In this document: one piece after another, positions 49,241 through 57,545 of the stretch | Layout: every line of letters begins with the position of its first letter | Numbering within the stretch: the stretch's first letter is position 1 | Origin: an uncultured Chloroflexia bacterium | GTDB lineage: Bacteria; Chloroflexota; Limnocylindria; Limnocylindrales; CSP1-4 | Length of the DNA stretch: 64,000 bases | Reading direction: 5' to 3' | Assembly (NCBI GenBank): GCA_963703575.1 | Contig: CAVPEU010000015.1 | Coordinates: 19,762 to 83,761, forward strand | Program-made: the position numbers and the translations under genes | Notes under the pieces: generated by a model | Seen by the model: the letters and a program-made list of their open reading frames with translations, nothing else | What the model was told of the DNA's origin: nothing | Databases searched by the model: none

Positions 49241-49926
49241 TGCGCTTCGGGGATCCGCGGCCGGACGGACGGGCGATCGTCTACGCGCGGATCCAGGCCG
49301 ACCCGCTGGTCGCGCGGGCGGCCGACGTGCTCGCGGGGGCGACGGGCACGCAGCGCCTGCTCGCGCGGGCGGTCATGAACGGCGAATCCACCGCACCGGA
49401 GGTGTGGCGGACGATGTTCCCCGCGCTGTTCGGGCCCTCCGCCCCGGCGCCCGGCGACCCGGTCAGGGACCGCTCCGAGGCGATTCTCGCGGTCTCGCTC
49501 CAGGTCGCCGATCGCGGCGAGCAGGCACGAAGCCAGTTCCGGGGCGCCATCGTGGAGTCGCTCACCGAGCGACTGCTGGAGGCGAGGACGGGTCCCGTGC
49601 GGCGCGAGCGCCGGATCCTGTTCGACGGCGTGCCGTCCGAGATCCACCCGTACGACGTCACCGTGGAGCAGGCGGCGGCGGCCGAGGCCTGGGACTGCAA
49701 GTGGGGCGCGCGCGGGATCAAGGCGGACGTCCTCCACCAGCTCGACGACGCGCGGCGCAACGCGGCGGCGGAGGGAACGCGGCTGCTGGTCGGCCTGGTG
49801 GTGTTCGACGCGCGCCGCTCGTGCGAGGTCCGGCTGGTGCGGGAGCGCGGCCCGATCGCGCTCGAGGGGCTGAGGCTGATCGCGCTCGAGGGGCTGGACC
49901 GGCTGGCCGGGCGGAAGCCGGCGTGA
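49240..49926 (+). CDS. Hypothetical 228-aa protein with a possible PD-(D/E)xK motif
   Basis: ATG at 49240 in the frame of the 49027..49926 ORF. IHPYDVTVEQ...AEAWDCKWG is nuclease-fold-like. Confidence 0.6.
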   Translation: MRFGDPRPDGRAIVYARIQADPLVARAADVLAGATGTQRLLARAVMNGESTAPEVWRTMFPALFGPSAPAPGDPVRDRSEAILAVSLQVADRGEQARSQFRGAIVESLTERLLEARTGPVRRERRILFDGVPSEIHPYDVTVEQAAAAEAWDCKWGARGIKADVLHQLDDARRNAAAEGTRLLVGLVVFDARRSCEVRLVRERGPIALEGLRLIALEGLDRLAGRKPA

Positions 49927-50762
49927 GCGCGCGGGCCGGGGCCCTGCCGCCCGGCATGACCGTCTCGTACCGTGTTCGCTTCGACGAGTGCGGGCCGGAC
50001 GGCATCGCGCGCACCTCGGCCCTGCTCCGGTACGCGCAGGATGTCGCGTGGATCCACTCGGAACGGCTGGGGTTCACCCGCGATTGGTACCTGGACCGTG
50101 GCCTCGCCTTCGTCGTCCGGGCCGCGGAGCTGGCGGTCCTGCGCCCTGTCCGGCCGGGCGCGGCCCTCGCCGTCTCGACGCGGGTGACGGGCTTTCGGCG
50201 AGTCTGGGCGCGGCGCCGAACGGAGGCGGTCACGGATGACGGCACGCTCGCGATGTGGGCCGTGACCGACTGGGTGATGACCGACGCCCGTGGGATGCCC
50301 GCCCGCATCCCGACCGACGTTTCGGGCCAGTTCGCGATGCCGTCGGGCGAGTTCGAGCCCGTGCGCGTCGCGCTGCCACCGACGCCCCCCGACGCCGTCA
50401 TGACCCGCTCCCTCGTCCGGCCGCAGGACCTGGACCCGATGACGCACGTCAACAACGCGGCGTACGTCGACTACCTCGAGGAGGCTGTCCGGGCGGCCGG
50501 AGCCCGCGGCGCAGGCTCGGTCTCGGCGGTTCCCCGCCGGATCCTCCTCGAGTACCTGGTGCCCGCCGCGCCCGGCGCGCGCCTGCTTGGCGCGGCCTGG
50601 CCGGACGCCGCGGTAGGCGACGCGTCCGGCTGGGCGTGGCGCCTGTCGAACGAGGACGACCACGAGGACGACCACGAGGACGACAGGGAGCTCGCGCGCG
50701 GGCGGCTCATCGAAACGGCCGCTCGAAACGGCCGCGGCGACGCCATGACGCGGCCGGCCTGA
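49923..50762 (+). CDS. Acyl-ACP thioesterase (double hotdog)
   Basis: YRVRFDECGPDG... in the first hotdog domain and DLDPMTHVNNAAYVDYLEEA in the second. GTGA overlap with the upstream gene; an alternative ATG lies at 49956. Confidence 0.8.
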   Translation: MSARAGALPPGMTVSYRVRFDECGPDGIARTSALLRYAQDVAWIHSERLGFTRDWYLDRGLAFVVRAAELAVLRPVRPGAALAVSTRVTGFRRVWARRRTEAVTDDGTLAMWAVTDWVMTDARGMPARIPTDVSGQFAMPSGEFEPVRVALPPTPPDAVMTRSLVRPQDLDPMTHVNNAAYVDYLEEAVRAAGARGAGSVSAVPRRILLEYLVPAAPGARLLGAAWPDAAVGDASGWAWRLSNEDDHEDDHEDDRELARGRLIETAARNGRGDAMTRPA

Positions 50763-50785
50763 TCGAGGGTCCCCGGACGCCGGGG

Positions 50786-50837
50786 GTGCGCCCTCCGGTC
50801 CGGGCCGCGGGCGGTGCGCCCTCCGGCCCGGGCCGCC
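50786..50837. repeat. Two copies of a 24-bp GC-rich repeat separated by a 4-nt spacer (28-bp period), intergenic
   Basis: ggtgcgccctccgg(t/c)ccgggccgc occurs twice, at 50786 and 50814. Confidence 0.7.
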
Positions 50838-51021
50838 CGACCCAGGACTTTCGGGCCAGGACCCCGATGTCCGGACCTGTGGGCGTCCGCGCACCGGGCA
50901 CGGGCGCGACCCAGGACGATGGGACCATCGCGTCATGGCGCGCGCGCCGCTGGCCGGTAGCCTCTGCTGAGAGGTGTGACCCGAGGGAGGCGCACCCACC
51001 CGCCAATTCGCAGAAGGTGCC

Positions 51022-52575
51022 TTGGACGTCCTGACCTCGGCCGCCGCCATCCTGGTCGCCGCCGCCCTGATCGGGGCGCTGGCGGGCTCTGCCGGGTTTG
51101 CCGCATTCGTCGTCCGCCGCCAGAACCAGCGTCTTGCTTCTCTCGCCGAGCGGTTGACGCGCGCGGGCGACGAAGGCGAGCTGATCGCGCTGGACGCCGA
51201 GCGGATCGGCGATCCGCGGCTGCGGGCCGCCTTCAGCAATCTCGCCGACCGTGTCGCCGACACGTGGCGGCTCGCCACCATCGACCCGCTGACCGGCATC
51301 GCCAATCGCCAGGCCGTGCTGTCACGGGTGGAGGAGGAGCTCGCGCGATCGACGCGCTATCACCACCCGATGTCGGTGATCCTGGTCGACCTGGACCACT
51401 TCAAGCGGCTCAACGATTCCCACGGCCACGCCGCCGGGGACGCGATGCTGCGCAACGTCGCCCAGCTGCTGGCGGGGAACGTGCGCGAGGTCGACGTCGC
51501 CGGCCGGTACGGGGGCGAGGAGTTCCTGGTCGTCCTGCCGGAGACGGACGTGGACGCGGCGGCCGCGCTGGCCGAGAAGCTGCGCCGGATCATCGCCGGC
51601 GCCGAGGTTCGCACGGTCGAGGGCGAGCACCTGTCGATCACGATGTCGGCCGGGGTCGCCGGTGGCATGGGCAACGTGCTGCACCTGGACGCGCTGGTGC
51701 GCGACGCGGACGCGGCCCTTTACTCGGCGAAGGCGCTGGGGCGCGACCAGGTGTTCGTGTTCCGCGAGACCGGGGACGCCGACACGATCCGCCGAGCTCC
51801 GATCACGTCCGCCGCCCGCAGCCACGCGCTCGACGTCGGTCGGGCCGCGATGCGCGCCGCCCAGGACGCCCTGATCGCCACGCTGGCCGGGCGGCCGGCC
51901 TGGGCCGGCAAGCCGTCCACGCTGATCGCGGAGGCCTCCATCTCACTCGCGCGGGCCATCGAGCTGCCCGAGGGCGAGCTGGAGCGCATTCGTACGGCCA
52001 GCCTGCTCCACGACCTGGGCAAGGTCGCGATTCCCGAGGAGATCCTGGCCAAGCCCAGCGACCTCGTCGCGTCCGAGTGGCGTGTGGTGACCGAGCACCC
52101 GAAGATCGGCCAGGTCGTGCTCGAGCAGGCCGGCGCCCTGCGTGACGCGGCCACGATCGTCCTTCACCACCACGAGTGGTACGACGGGCGGGGCTACCCG
52201 ATGGGCCTGGCCGGCGCGGACATCCCGATCGGGGCGCGGATCGTGTCCATCGTGGACGCGTACGAGGCCATGATCGCCGGGCGGCCGTACCGCGACGCGA
52301 TCTCGCACGAGGAGGCGATCGCGGAGCTGCGGCGGATGGCAGGCGTGCAGTTCGACCCCGAGCTCGTCGAGGTGTTCGCGGTGTTGTACGAGAACGGCGT
52401 TCCCTGGGAGCCGGACGAGCACCACCACCACGAAGCCATGCCCGCGGAGCTGGAGCCGGTCACGCTCGGACCGGGGAACGCGCGGCGCCAGCTCCAGGGG
52501 CGGCCCCGCCGCGACACCCGGACCAACGCGGAGATCCACGACCAGCTGCACGAGCGGCGTCGCCGCGCGGGCTGA
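51022..52575 (+). CDS. Membrane-anchored GGDEF diguanylate cyclase fused to an HD-GYP phosphodiesterase domain
   Basis: N-terminal TM helix; RYGGEEF; HDLGK; HHEWYDGRGYP. TTG start. Confidence 0.9.
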   Translation: MDVLTSAAAILVAAALIGALAGSAGFAAFVVRRQNQRLASLAERLTRAGDEGELIALDAERIGDPRLRAAFSNLADRVADTWRLATIDPLTGIANRQAVLSRVEEELARSTRYHHPMSVILVDLDHFKRLNDSHGHAAGDAMLRNVAQLLAGNVREVDVAGRYGGEEFLVVLPETDVDAAAALAEKLRRIIAGAEVRTVEGEHLSITMSAGVAGGMGNVLHLDALVRDADAALYSAKALGRDQVFVFRETGDADTIRRAPITSAARSHALDVGRAAMRAAQDALIATLAGRPAWAGKPSTLIAEASISLARAIELPEGELERIRTASLLHDLGKVAIPEEILAKPSDLVASEWRVVTEHPKIGQVVLEQAGALRDAATIVLHHHEWYDGRGYPMGLAGADIPIGARIVSIVDAYEAMIAGRPYRDAISHEEAIAELRRMAGVQFDPELVEVFAVLYENGVPWEPDEHHHHEAMPAELEPVTLGPGNARRQLQGRPRRDTRTNAEIHDQLHERRRRAG

Positions 52576-52649
52576 ACGATCGTCCGGCGCGGAACCCCAT
52601 CACCGCGTGCGTGCCGGGATCGGCGCCGGGACTGCCTCCGGAGAATCGG

Positions 52650-52676
52650 GGCGGCCCGCCGCAGGGGCGGGCCGCC
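52650..52676. terminator. Bidirectional terminator hairpin between the GGDEF gene and csp
   Basis: GGCGGCCCGCC-gcagg-GGCGGGCCGCC, a perfect 11-bp stem. Confidence 0.5.
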
Positions 52677-52683
52677 GGGCCGG

Positions 52684-52887
52684 TCAGGCCGAACGCACCT
52701 GTGAGGCGCGCGGGCCCTTGGGGCTCGTCTCGATCTCGAACAGCACGCGCTCGCCGCCGACGAGGCGATCGAACTCGAGCGAGGAATCGAGGGCGCCGCG
52801 ATGGAAGAAGTATTCCTTCGCATCCTCGGCGGTGATGAAGCCGAAGCCGCGATCGGCGACGACCTTCTTGATGGTACCGGTGGTCAT
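52684..52887 (-). CDS. cspA: Cold-shock protein
   Basis: MTTGTIKKVVADRGFGFITAEDAKEYFFH, 67 aa, preceded by a GGAGGT Shine-Dalgarno sequence. Confidence 0.9.
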   Translation of the reverse strand: MTTGTIKKVVADRGFGFITAEDAKEYFFHRGALDSSLEFDRLVGGERVLFEIETSPKGPRASQVRSA

Positions 52888-53065
52888 GAGGACCTCCAAC
52901 GCTTCCCGAACGGGGATTGCAGAACGCACGGTCCGTTCGAGAAGGGGGTCGACCACACGAAGCATCACCACGAGTCGCGGTGAGCCCTGATCATCGCACA
53001 GATGTTCGATCCGCGCCACCGCCGGCGAGCGGGCCTGCCGCGCGCGGCGGCAGGCGATCCGCGCG

Positions 53066-53094
53066 TTGACGTCGCGTTTCTTGCCTTCTATAGT
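53066..53094 (+). promoter_or_regulatory. Near-consensus promoter TTGACG-N17-TATAGT
   Basis: Direct reading of the sequence, about 60 nt upstream of the 53154 ATG. Confidence 0.55.
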
Positions 53095-53099
53095 TTCTT

Positions 53100-53129
53100 C
53101 CGAACCTGTTCGGCACCAGGATTGGTGCC
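53100..53129 (+). promoter_or_regulatory. Two adjacent perfect palindromes just downstream of the -10 element
   Basis: CCGAAC-ct-GTTCGG (53100-53113) and GGCACCA-ggat-TGGTGCC (53112-53129). Confidence 0.4.
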
Positions 53130-53153
53130 CCAGGCGATCGGCGAGAGAGGCTC

Positions 53154-53894
53154 ATGAAGCTCACACACCGCCAGTCCGCGGCCGTGGCCGCGCTGCTCGA
53201 CCTCTACGCCGACAGTCGAGAGCAGCCGATCGCCTACCGCCAGGTTGCCGAGCGCCTCGGGGTCGCGCCGACGACGGCCTACCGCATGCTCCGGCTGGCC
53301 GAGAAGATGGGGTACCTGCGGGCGATCTACGCGGCCCGTCCCGCGGAACGCTCGGCCGGCCGGTCCGCCGTGTTGTTCGAGCCCACCGATCTCGCGCGGC
53401 GGACGATCGCCGCGGTCGCGGGCCCGCCGCCTGACGAGGCGTGGGAAACGACGCGGGCCCGCATCCTCGACGCGCTCGCGTCACCCGAGGCAGCGGCGTA
53501 CAACGACGCGCTCCGGGACCTGCTGGCCGGCCTGGAGGAGCCCGGAACGCCGGTCGACGTTGCCGGCCGCACGATCGCCGCCCTGATGATCAGCCTCGAG
53601 CAGTCCCGCGAGGGCGTGGACGACACGGACCTGCTCGACCGCATCGCGAGGCCGGGGACCCGGTTCGGGGTCGCCACGCTCGGGGGCATGCTCCTGGGCC
53701 TTGCCTGGGCGGACCGGGCCACGCGGACACTCGCCGATCGGCTGGACCGCCAGGTCGACCGGTTCGAGTCGGCGCTGGCCGAGCTTTCCCCGGAGCAGTC
53801 GAGCGCCATCGCCGGCTTCGTTGCCCAGCTCGATGTGGCCCTTCGAGCTCGGCGCCGACGGCGCCTGGGCAACGGCCATCGGTCCGGGAGTTGA
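53154..53894 (+). CDS. Putative winged-helix transcriptional regulator (246 aa)
   Basis: The N-terminus ([49 protein letters not shown]) looks like an HTH. The remainder is unknown. Confidence 0.65.
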   Translation: MKLTHRQSAAVAALLDLYADSREQPIAYRQVAERLGVAPTTAYRMLRLAEKMGYLRAIYAARPAERSAGRSAVLFEPTDLARRTIAAVAGPPPDEAWETTRARILDALASPEAAAYNDALRDLLAGLEEPGTPVDVAGRTIAALMISLEQSREGVDDTDLLDRIARPGTRFGVATLGGMLLGLAWADRATRTLADRLDRQVDRFESALAELSPEQSSAIAGFVAQLDVALRARRRRRLGNGHRSGS

Positions 53895-54013
53895 AGGGAC
53901 CGCAGGTGTCCATCGTTCCGAGCCGCAGGCAGGTCGGGACCGGCCGGATGGTGGTCGAACCCCCGGACGTGCGCGCGGACCTGGAGAGGGCGGACCGGGG
54001 AAGGGGAGCGTCC

Positions 54014-54250
54014 GTGGCCACGACCTACGAGCGGGTGAGGCGATGCCTCGTCGAGCAGCTCGGCGTCGACGAGCGCGAGGTCGTCCCGGAGGCTTCGCTG
54101 GTCGACGACCTGAACGCAGACTCGCTGGACCTCGTGGAGCTCATCATGAGCCTCGAAGAGGAGTTCGGGATGGAGATCCTGGACGAGGAGGCCGAGGGGA
54201 TCCGTACGGTCCGGGACGCGGTCGAGTACTTCGAGGCGCGCGTGGCCTGA
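54014..54250 (+). CDS. acpP: Acyl carrier protein
   Basis: [23 protein letters not shown] phosphopantetheine site. GTG at 54014 follows GGGGAAGGGGAG; alternative starts at 53948 and 53906. Confidence 0.85.
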   Translation: MATTYERVRRCLVEQLGVDEREVVPEASLVDDLNADSLDLVELIMSLEEEFGMEILDEEAEGIRTVRDAVEYFEARVA

Positions 54251-54264
54251 CCGGTGGCGGTCGA

Positions 54265-57200
54265 TCAGCCGAGTCGCCGCCGGCTCCGGCCGCTCGGCGA
54301 CGGCTCGGCAGGAGATCGAGCCCGGTTGGTTTCCGGCGTAGAGGTCCAGGGGCGTCGCCACGACATCGGCCTGGCGATGGGCCAGGCCGTCGCGGCGACG
54401 CCCCTCACCCCTTCATCCGGCGCGCCGCCGGAACCCGGGTCGGTCGGCCGGCGGGAGGACGGCCACCAGCTGAGGTCACCGAAGATGGCGGTGATCGCCG
54501 GAACGAGGAGGCTGCGCACGATGAACGTGTCGACGAGGATGCCGACGGCGACCGCCACGCCCACCTGGAGCAGCATCTGGAGCGGCGCCGAGATGAGGGC
54601 GAGGAACGTCCCGGCCAGGATGATCCCGGCCGACGTGATCACCGTCCCGGTGCGGGCCGACGCGATCCGGATCCCGTCCCGGATTCCGCGACCCTCACTC
54701 TCCTCCCTGATGCGGCTCATCAGGAAGATGTTGTAGTCGGCGCCGATCGCGACGAGGAGCACGAACACGAGGAGCGGGATGAAGTAGTTGACCCCGGCGT
54801 GCCCCAGCACGTCCTGGAACAGCAGGGTGACGAGCCCGAGGCTGGTGGCATACGAGAGGAGCACCGAGCCGACCAGGAACAGCGGGGCGACGATGCTGCG
54901 GAGCAGCAGGATGAGGACGAGGAGCACGCCGGTGACCGTGATCAGGGCCACGCGCTGGAAGTCCTCGCCGATCGTCGTCTGGATGTCGGCGAACTCGGCG
55001 ATCGGGCCGCCCACCAGGACCCGGGCGCCGTCGCCGAAGGACGACCCCTCCCCTGCGGCCGCGGCGCGCGCGACGCGCACGGCCTCGAAGGATGTCGTCG
55101 CATACGGATCGCCGTTGACCGTCGCGATCAGGCGAGTCGTGCGGTGATCGGCGGACACGAACGCGGCGAGCAGCTGCTGGGCCGCGCTGCCGGCGTCTCC
55201 CGGCAGGCTGGCCGGCAGGAAGTAGTCATCGGGACGCGCGCTGAACTGTGCGGCGAGGGCGTCCATCGCCTGCCTGAGCCCGTCCAGCGATTGCCTGAGC
55301 TGCTCCTGGAGCTTCGTGGCCTCGGCGCTGGCCGGCAGGCTCCTGGGGAACAGGAGCGCGTCTGGCCGGTCCGCGAAGGTCGTGGACAGGTCGCGGAGCG
55401 CGCCGGCGAGCCGGCCGACCGTCGCCGGATCAGGCTTGTCGCGCAGCTGCTGCAGGGCACCGGTAGCGGTCCCGAAAGCGGGGGTGGACGTGACCTCCGG
55501 GTACGCGGCCGCGAGCTCCTGCAGATACCCGCCGATGGCCTGGAGGAGTGCGGCCGTGCTCGCGGCCGAGCTCGCGCCCGGGGTCGCGGGCGGCGAGGAG
55601 AGCAGCGTCGAGAGCTGGGTGAGCTGGGCGCTGACCCGGGCGCCGGCCCGGAGTTCCTCGACCCCGCTCCGCAGGGCGGTCAGGTTGCGTGTCACGTCGG
55701 TGTACGCGGGCCCGCTCGCCACGTCCGGGAACGCGGTCCCGAGCGCCGCCAGGTACGCCCCGGCCGCATCGAATCCGGCGAGGGTGTCCGGGCTCGCGAG
55801 CTGCGAGGCCAGGGCCGACGGGTCCGTCGGCAGCTGCATCTGCTTCGAGAGCGCGGCGATCTGGCCCGAGGGCCGCATCTCCGCGGGCGTCTGCTGCGTG
55901 CCCTGCGGGTCGACGACGCTGCGCACGGTCTTGATCCCGGGCACCGTGGCCACCTGTGCGGCGATGGCCTGTACCTTCGCCAGCGAGGCCGGGGTCGTGA
56001 GATCGGCGGCCGGGGTATCGACGAGCACCGTCACCGGGAACAGCTCGCCCTTGTTCAGGTGCTGGCCGGCGACCTCGAACCCCTGTCGCGCATCGGAGTC
56101 GCCCGGGAGCTCGCCGAGGAGGTCGAAGCTCGATCGCAGGCCGGGCACGGCCAGGGCGGGCAGGATCATCACGGCGATGATCACGATCGTGACCATGCCC
56201 GGGCGGTCCGTGATGAGGCGCGCGAGCCGGTTCCAGAAGCCGGTCTCGGAGAGTGCGCTCCCATCCTCCTGGTGGCGCGGCCAGAACAGGTAGTGACCGA
56301 AGACGCCCAGCAGCGCCGGGGCCAGCGTGAGCCCGGCCAGCAGCGTGATGAACACCGTCAGGGCCAGCGCCGGGCCGGTCGTCTGGATCATCTCGAAGCG
56401 GGCGACGACCATCGAGCCCAGCCCCACGATGACCGTGGCGGCGCTGGCGCTGATGACCGCCCCGATTCGCCGGACGGTCGTCCGGGAGGCGGTGTGCCAA
56501 TCGTCGCGCTTCACCTCCTCGCGGAAGCGGGAGATGAGGAAGATCGTGTAGTCGGTGCCGATCCCGAACACGAGGACGACGAGGAACGAGTCGAGCAGTG
56601 TCGAGATCTTGAGCCCGCCCTGGGCCAGGTAGCCGAGCGCGCCGCGGGAGACGAGGAAGGCAGACCCGATCGTGAGCAGGGGCACGAGGGCCGCCAGCGG
56701 GGCGCGGTAGATGAGGAGCAGGATGCCGATGACCAGCAGGACCGTGATGATCGTCGTGCTGCCGGTCGCCCGGATGATCGCGTCCAGGAAGTCGGCCCCG
56801 ATGCCGGCCGAGCCGGTGACATAGACGTGCAGACCCTCCGGCTGCGTCGCCGCGACGTGGTCGCGCAGCGCGTAGACCGCATCGTTGGAGCTCGTCTGGA
56901 AGGGCGCCACGGACAGCTCGACCTGGGCGAGCTCGACGGTTCCGTCGCTGCTCCGCAGGCTGGCGGCGAGTTCCGGGTGATCGGCGGCGGTGACGATGCT
57001 GGTGATGACGTGCGTTGCGGCGGGCGCGTCCGGCCCGGCGAGCCAGGTGGCCGTCTGCGCCAGGTAGGCGCGGTCGGCATCGGTCAGGCCGCTGGCCCGG
57101 TACAGGACCAGGGCCCCGGTGCCCGGGGCCGACTCGCCGGGGAAGGCCCGCGCAAGGACGGTTCGGGCCTGGATCGCCTCGGCGTCCTTCGGCAGGAAGC

Positions 57201-57330
57201 TGGACTCGTCCGCCGAGCCGACCACGGCGAGGCTGGGGGCGAGCACCATTGCCCCGACCGCCAGGGCGACCCAGATCGCGATCACCAGGTATCGCAGGCG
57301 GAAGACGAGGCTACCCAGAGCGTCGAACAT
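54265..57330 (-). CDS. MMPL-family (RND superfamily) transporter
   Basis: 1021 aa with two 6-TM bundles, motifs like GTDYTIFLISRFREE and GADYNIFLMSRIREE, and a large central soluble insert. Confidence 0.9.
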   Translation of the reverse strand: MFDALGSLVFRLRYLVIAIWVALAVGAMVLAPSLAVVGSADESSFLPKDAEAIQARTVLARAFPGESAPGTGALVLYRASGLTDADRAYLAQTATWLAGPDAPAATHVITSIVTAADHPELAASLRSSDGTVELAQVELSVAPFQTSSNDAVYALRDHVAATQPEGLHVYVTGSAGIGADFLDAIIRATGSTTIITVLLVIGILLLIYRAPLAALVPLLTIGSAFLVSRGALGYLAQGGLKISTLLDSFLVVLVFGIGTDYTIFLISRFREEVKRDDWHTASRTTVRRIGAVISASAATVIVGLGSMVVARFEMIQTTGPALALTVFITLLAGLTLAPALLGVFGHYLFWPRHQEDGSALSETGFWNRLARLITDRPGMVTIVIIAVMILPALAVPGLRSSFDLLGELPGDSDARQGFEVAGQHLNKGELFPVTVLVDTPAADLTTPASLAKVQAIAAQVATVPGIKTVRSVVDPQGTQQTPAEMRPSGQIAALSKQMQLPTDPSALASQLASPDTLAGFDAAGAYLAALGTAFPDVASGPAYTDVTRNLTALRSGVEELRAGARVSAQLTQLSTLLSSPPATPGASSAASTAALLQAIGGYLQELAAAYPEVTSTPAFGTATGALQQLRDKPDPATVGRLAGALRDLSTTFADRPDALLFPRSLPASAEATKLQEQLRQSLDGLRQAMDALAAQFSARPDDYFLPASLPGDAGSAAQQLLAAFVSADHRTTRLIATVNGDPYATTSFEAVRVARAAAAGEGSSFGDGARVLVGGPIAEFADIQTTIGEDFQRVALITVTGVLLVLILLLRSIVAPLFLVGSVLLSYATSLGLVTLLFQDVLGHAGVNYFIPLLVFVLLVAIGADYNIFLMSRIREESEGRGIRDGIRIASARTGTVITSAGIILAGTFLALISAPLQMLLQVGVAVAVGILVDTFIVRSLLVPAITAIFGDLSWWPSSRRPTDPGSGGAPDEGVRGVAATAWPIARPMSWRRPWTSTPETNRARSPAEPSPSGRSRRRLG

Positions 57331-57545
57331 CGAGGGGGCTCCCTTGCTGGCGTTTCGAGTTCAGTGGTCCGTTCGGATAAGCAAAGAAACACAATAGTGC
57401 AACAGCGACGACTGCACCGGAACGACGGCAGCGCCGGCAGGGACCGTTCGTCCCGTGGCCGGGAGCCGTCCGGGGTCGCGTTGCCGTGGCCGGTCCTCGC
57501 GTGCACAGCGCGCGGAGTCGGAGCCGTCGGGCACGACGATGCCAC

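Noticed and set aside
52888-53019. 44-aa N-terminal extension of the csp ORF
   Set aside because: A canonical 67-aa Csp starts at 52887 behind a GGAGGT Shine-Dalgarno sequence. The extension would run through the 5' UTR typical of csp genes.
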